DNA of 64,000 nt from Lama glama (lineage: Eukaryota): the NCBI GenBank assembly GCA_028534125.1, contig CM052817.1:35466001-35530000 (forward strand). The letters are read 5' to 3'. Position numbers and translations under genes: made by a program. The first letter of the stretch is position 1. Each line of letters begins with the position of its first letter. Under the pieces are notes generated by a model that worked only from the letters and a program-made list of their open reading frames with translations, was not told where the DNA came from and did no database searches. This document shows, piece by piece, positions 60,167 through 64,000 of the stretch.

Positions 60167-61578
60167 GTTTACTATTTCTTATTACTTGCTTTCCATCCAA
60201 AATTTGGATGGATTTCAGGCTCAATTATGAACTCTAAAAACTAGGCTGGGGACAGAAAATATGATGACTTTTGCCCAGGTGGAATAGGAGAACTGGAATT
60301 TAGCCTCTGAATAAATCTTGGAACATTAAAATAACTGCCCTGTCCATAAACCATGAGCCAGAAAACTCTTCCCACTGGCTTGGGGAAGTAGATAAGGCAG
60401 CTTGCCTTCTGTCCAAGACTTTGAGTGTTAAAAGTACACATCACTGGTGAGAAGTCAAAGCCCCAAATCTGGGCTTTACACTACCTATGTGCTGCAGGAA
60501 TTCTAGGCATATAAGGTAATAAATTAATCTAAAAACTGCTCACGACCATCGAAACTCTCCAGGGTCTTGCAAAATCAAACAAGAAACCTCTCAGTAAAGA
60601 TAATTCTACTATCCAGGGCTCATGAGAAATTCACAGCAAAAACAATTTTGGCTGAAGATGAGTTTACAACCAAAAATTCACATCTCATTGATGTGATTTG
60701 CACCACTCTTAGGAAGAGATGAAAACCCCAACAAAAAGAGACTTAGTATTTCAGAATTGGAAATAGTCAAACAATCTAAAGGATGGTGAAAATTCGATGA
60801 TTGCTTTCATATAGCATTTTACTTGGCCTCATTATAGGACTAACATATCAGCTAACTGGATTTCTGTTACTTGTGGAGACTCACTGAGTTTACATAAGTG
60901 GATTAAAAAATCACAGCCCAACTTCAAAAACACGCAGAGCAGCTCTGAATCTGACAGGGCTAGGATAATTTGATCCCCATAATTTGAAGGGTGGAATTAA
61001 GGATTTACCCAAACCCAGGAATTCTCTTAAAGTCGGAAGCCTGGGTCTCAGCCATTTGCTACATCATAAGTTGCTCCAAACAAATGTACGGATGATGATT
61101 AAGGAGGAGTCATGATGAGACAGGAATGGAAGATTTTTCTTTTCATGTTTCTATATTCTATCAAAGGGAGAGTGAAAGTGTATTTTATAAATCCATTCTT
61201 ATTTGATTAAAAAAATCAAATCACAAACCATTTTTCTATGAACTGGAAAGAGGATCAAAGAGTATTGAAACTAAGGACTTATTTTTATGTATAAAAGACA
61301 TAGTAGGTGAGAAGTACTTAGTTAATTTTAATCAAGCTGTGAATGCGTAATTTCAAGAAAAAATTTAAAACACGTTGTTAATGAATTTGAAGAGCAAGTA
61401 CTTTGAGAGCAACTGACAACTAAATTCAGGCATGAACATTTCATTCCACATTCATTCTTTGTGCTTAAAGCATAAGCTCACTATTAAATTACTCAGTTTC
61501 CCACACCAGCATCAAAGGATTAGACTATGTTATCAATGTTACCCAGGATAATTATACTTCATGTTCTCACTGAAATGT

Positions 61579-61718
61579 TTTCAACTTTTCTTCATTAGCG
61601 GGAGGTAGCTTAAAGAAATTTCTCTATTCCTAGTTTCCAGTGAAGAAGAAGAATTTCAACTTTTCTTCATTAGCGGGAGGTAGCTTAAAGAAATTTCTCT
61701 ATTCCTAGTTTCCAGTGA
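61579..61718. repeat. Perfect 65-bp direct duplication with a 10-bp spacer
   Basis: 61579-61643 is identical to 61654-61718; spacer agaagaagaa. Confidence 0.97.
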
Positions 61719-62217
61719 CAGAAACTTGAAAACCATTAGTCTTGGCAGGCAGGGCAAATGGCCTTGGAATTGGTCCAGGATAATAGTTCAGTCGTGGGAT
61801 CAGAAGGACTAACTTGTTTTTCCAGGCTCTGCACCACCCCCTCCACCCACTCTTCCCCCAGATCACAGGGGTCATTCACCCTCTTCTCTGCTCTCCCAGC
61901 CTGTCCAGTGGGGCATTTGGAAGTTTATTATATCTGGTTTCTCTGTAAAACAAATTCATTATTGTAAGTAAATATATATTTTAAAAATAAGATATCTTTA
62001 AAAAAATAATTTTTTCATTAGAAAATATTTTACTGATGTAGTGTAAGTTCTATGAAATTAGTCCTTTGATTAGAAGCATTAGTTTTAAATATTGTTGCTA
62101 AATGTCCATCTTAGGGGACAAGTAAAAAAAAAAGTTATTCCTATAGTGGAATATTAATACTAACACAAAGAAAGTATAAGGACACTCAATATATGGATAC
62201 AAAAATTTCTCCAAGGA

Positions 62218-62337
62218 TGAGGTGAGTATAGTTCAGTGGTAGAGCGCATGCTGAGCATGGAAGAGGTCCTGGGTTCAACTCCCAAAACGTCCATTAAAAA
62301 AAATTACAAAAAAAAAAACCCCAAAATACATAAAGCG
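62218..62337 (+). mobile_element. Vic-1-like tRNA-Ala SINE inserted in an old L1ME-like remnant
   Basis: TSD aaaatttctccaag (62202-62215 / 62338-62351). Confidence 0.88.
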
Positions 62338-62710
62338 AAAATTTCTCCAAGATACATTGTAAAACAAAGCAAAACAGAAACAAGTTGCAAAAACAGTGTG
62401 TATATCATTGGAATATTAAGCAACAATGAGAATGAATACATTACAACTACGTCTGTCTACATGGAAGAATCTCACAAACATAATGCTGAGAGGAAAACCA
62501 GATACAATCTTATGGAATAATTCCATTTACATAAGGTATACGGTCTGTAAAAGTAAACTACTCTGTTAAAAGTCAAGATTGCCTCATTTTTATGAAGTAT
62601 AAAGACAGCAAAAATATGCTGTTAAAATCAGAACATTGGGACTCCTGAGGGATGTGGTAACTGGAAGGGACATTGAGGGGAGCCCTGGAGCTTAGGTAAT
62701 GATATTTCTG

Positions 62711-63131
62711 TTTTTTTAAATTGAAGTAAAGTTTATTTACAATATTGTGTTAGTTTCAGATGTACAGCAAAGTGATTCACTTTTATATATATTTTTTTCA
62801 GATTATTTTCCGTTATAGGTTATTACAAGATATTAAATATAGTTCCCTGTGTTATCCAACAAATCCTTGTTTTTTATCTATTTTACGTGTAGTAGTTGGC
62901 ATCTGTTTATCTCATACTTCTAATTTATTCCTCTGCCTCTTCCCTCTTTGGTAACCATAAGCTTGTTTTCCATGTCTGTGAATGTTTCTGTTTTGCATAT
63001 AGATTAATTTGCATTATTTTTTAGATTCGACATATAAGTGATATATTTCTCTTTCTCTGCCTGACTTACTTCAATTAGTATGATACTCTCTAGGTTTATC
63101 CATGTTGCTGCAGATGGCTATATTTCATTCT
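62711..63131 (-). mobile_element. Camelid L1 3' end inside an old plus-strand L1ME-like 3' region (about 62400-63240)
   Basis: ttttttaaattgaagtaaagtttatttacaatattgtgttag...catgttgctgcagatggc. Confidence 0.88.
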
Positions 63132-64000
63132 ACATATACATGTATCTTTTGATCTCAGTACCAGTGGCATAAATATGTCCCGGGACTGAAAATTAATTGA
63201 GGTGTACACAATTTTTTATGTTATACTTCAATTAAAATTTTTTAAGGTATGCATAGGATGCCAATATTTGTACAGAAAACATCTCTGAAGGTACAATGAG
63301 AAAAAAAAAACTGTCTCTCTGTTTCCTATGAACAAACTATACTGTAGGGAGAGAGACTGGGTGTCTGGAGGACAGAAAGGAGAGGAAATTTTCACATTAC
63401 ATCATTTTATAATTTTTACTTTTGAATTATTTGTATGTATTACCTATTCAAAAATTAACTTTTTTCTGATAGTATTTTAAAAATTATTTTTAAGAGTAAA
63501 TTTACAGTGGTCACGTTGCCCAGTGCAAACACATGTGTTAAATACAATCTTTCATTTAGGAATTTTCTACAGCACCCAAAAGTGCATTATCATAAACTCT
63601 GACTCAGGGCACCTTTATTTAAAAATTCCTGCACTCTGAGATAACTGGTTCTCCAGGTGAAGAACATATTACAATACAAATTGTCAACAGGAAAAAGATT
63701 TTTCACTGAGTCTTCAGCATCTGGTTGAAGTTGAGGAGAATGATTTAGGCAGTGAAGACTATTTCAGGAAGCTGAAGGGCAATGGGGATGCAGTTTGTAA
63801 TGAGACTTCATTTCATGCCCTCTAAGAAGAAAAGTTGTCCTGCTCTCTGTGTGCATTTGAATGTGTTAGGAACCCTGGCAGACAGGTTTTGTGCATTGTG
63901 AGCATGCAGGCCTGTGGGTCCATGTGATTTCATTTGAGTTCAGTCTCCCGCCACCATCAAGATCTTCCATGCCATCCGTGTGAGTTGATGGGGTGGCTCA

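Noticed and set aside
60780..61100. TGATGA and CTGA words suggesting a C/D-box snoRNA
   Set aside because: I see no terminal stem, suitable box spacing or recognisable guide sequence.
61579..61718. Repeat-spacer-repeat as a CRISPR-like array
   Set aside because: There are only two 65-bp units with a 10-bp low-complexity spacer, the context is eukaryotic and there are no cas genes.
6979..62337. Nine tRNA-Ala-like sequences as a tRNA gene cluster
   Set aside because: Each has the SINE AT-rich/C-rich tail and most have TSDs, so they are retroposed SINEs rather than tRNA genes.
344..62954. The many 60-200 aa ORFs in the supplied track
   Set aside because: Apart from L1 ORF2 remnants, none resembles a protein I recognise. 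Many lie inside repeats or microsatellites or start at non-ATG codons, and their density looks like chance.

Overview
Mammalian nuclear DNA, very probably from a camelid (alpaca, llama or camel). The evidence is nine tRNA-Ala-derived SINEs of the camelid Vic-1 type plus artiodactyl-type LINE-1 3' ends. The window is repeat-rich and essentially non-coding. The only ORFs I recognise are decayed L1 ORF2 pieces; I see no intact protein-coding gene, rRNA, CRISPR array or other prokaryotic feature. Unique sequence contains a well-formed candidate minus-strand core promoter and first exon at about 5.3-5.4 kb, pointing toward the left edge (gene not identified). It also holds a candidate plus-strand TATA/ARE promoter with short spliced exons at about 16.6-17.8 kb and several enhancer-like patches. 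The best-supported oddities concern retrotransposition: three sites hit repeatedly by L1 (triplicated target-site duplications, TSDs), a tail-less internally primed L1 ORF2 insert with a TSD, a short 3' transduction, chimeric L1 tails, two intact solo LTRs and several templated micro-duplications. I found no evidence for a new multi-gene biological system. Repeat subfamily names come from recall of consensus sequences and should be confirmed with RepeatMasker/Dfam.
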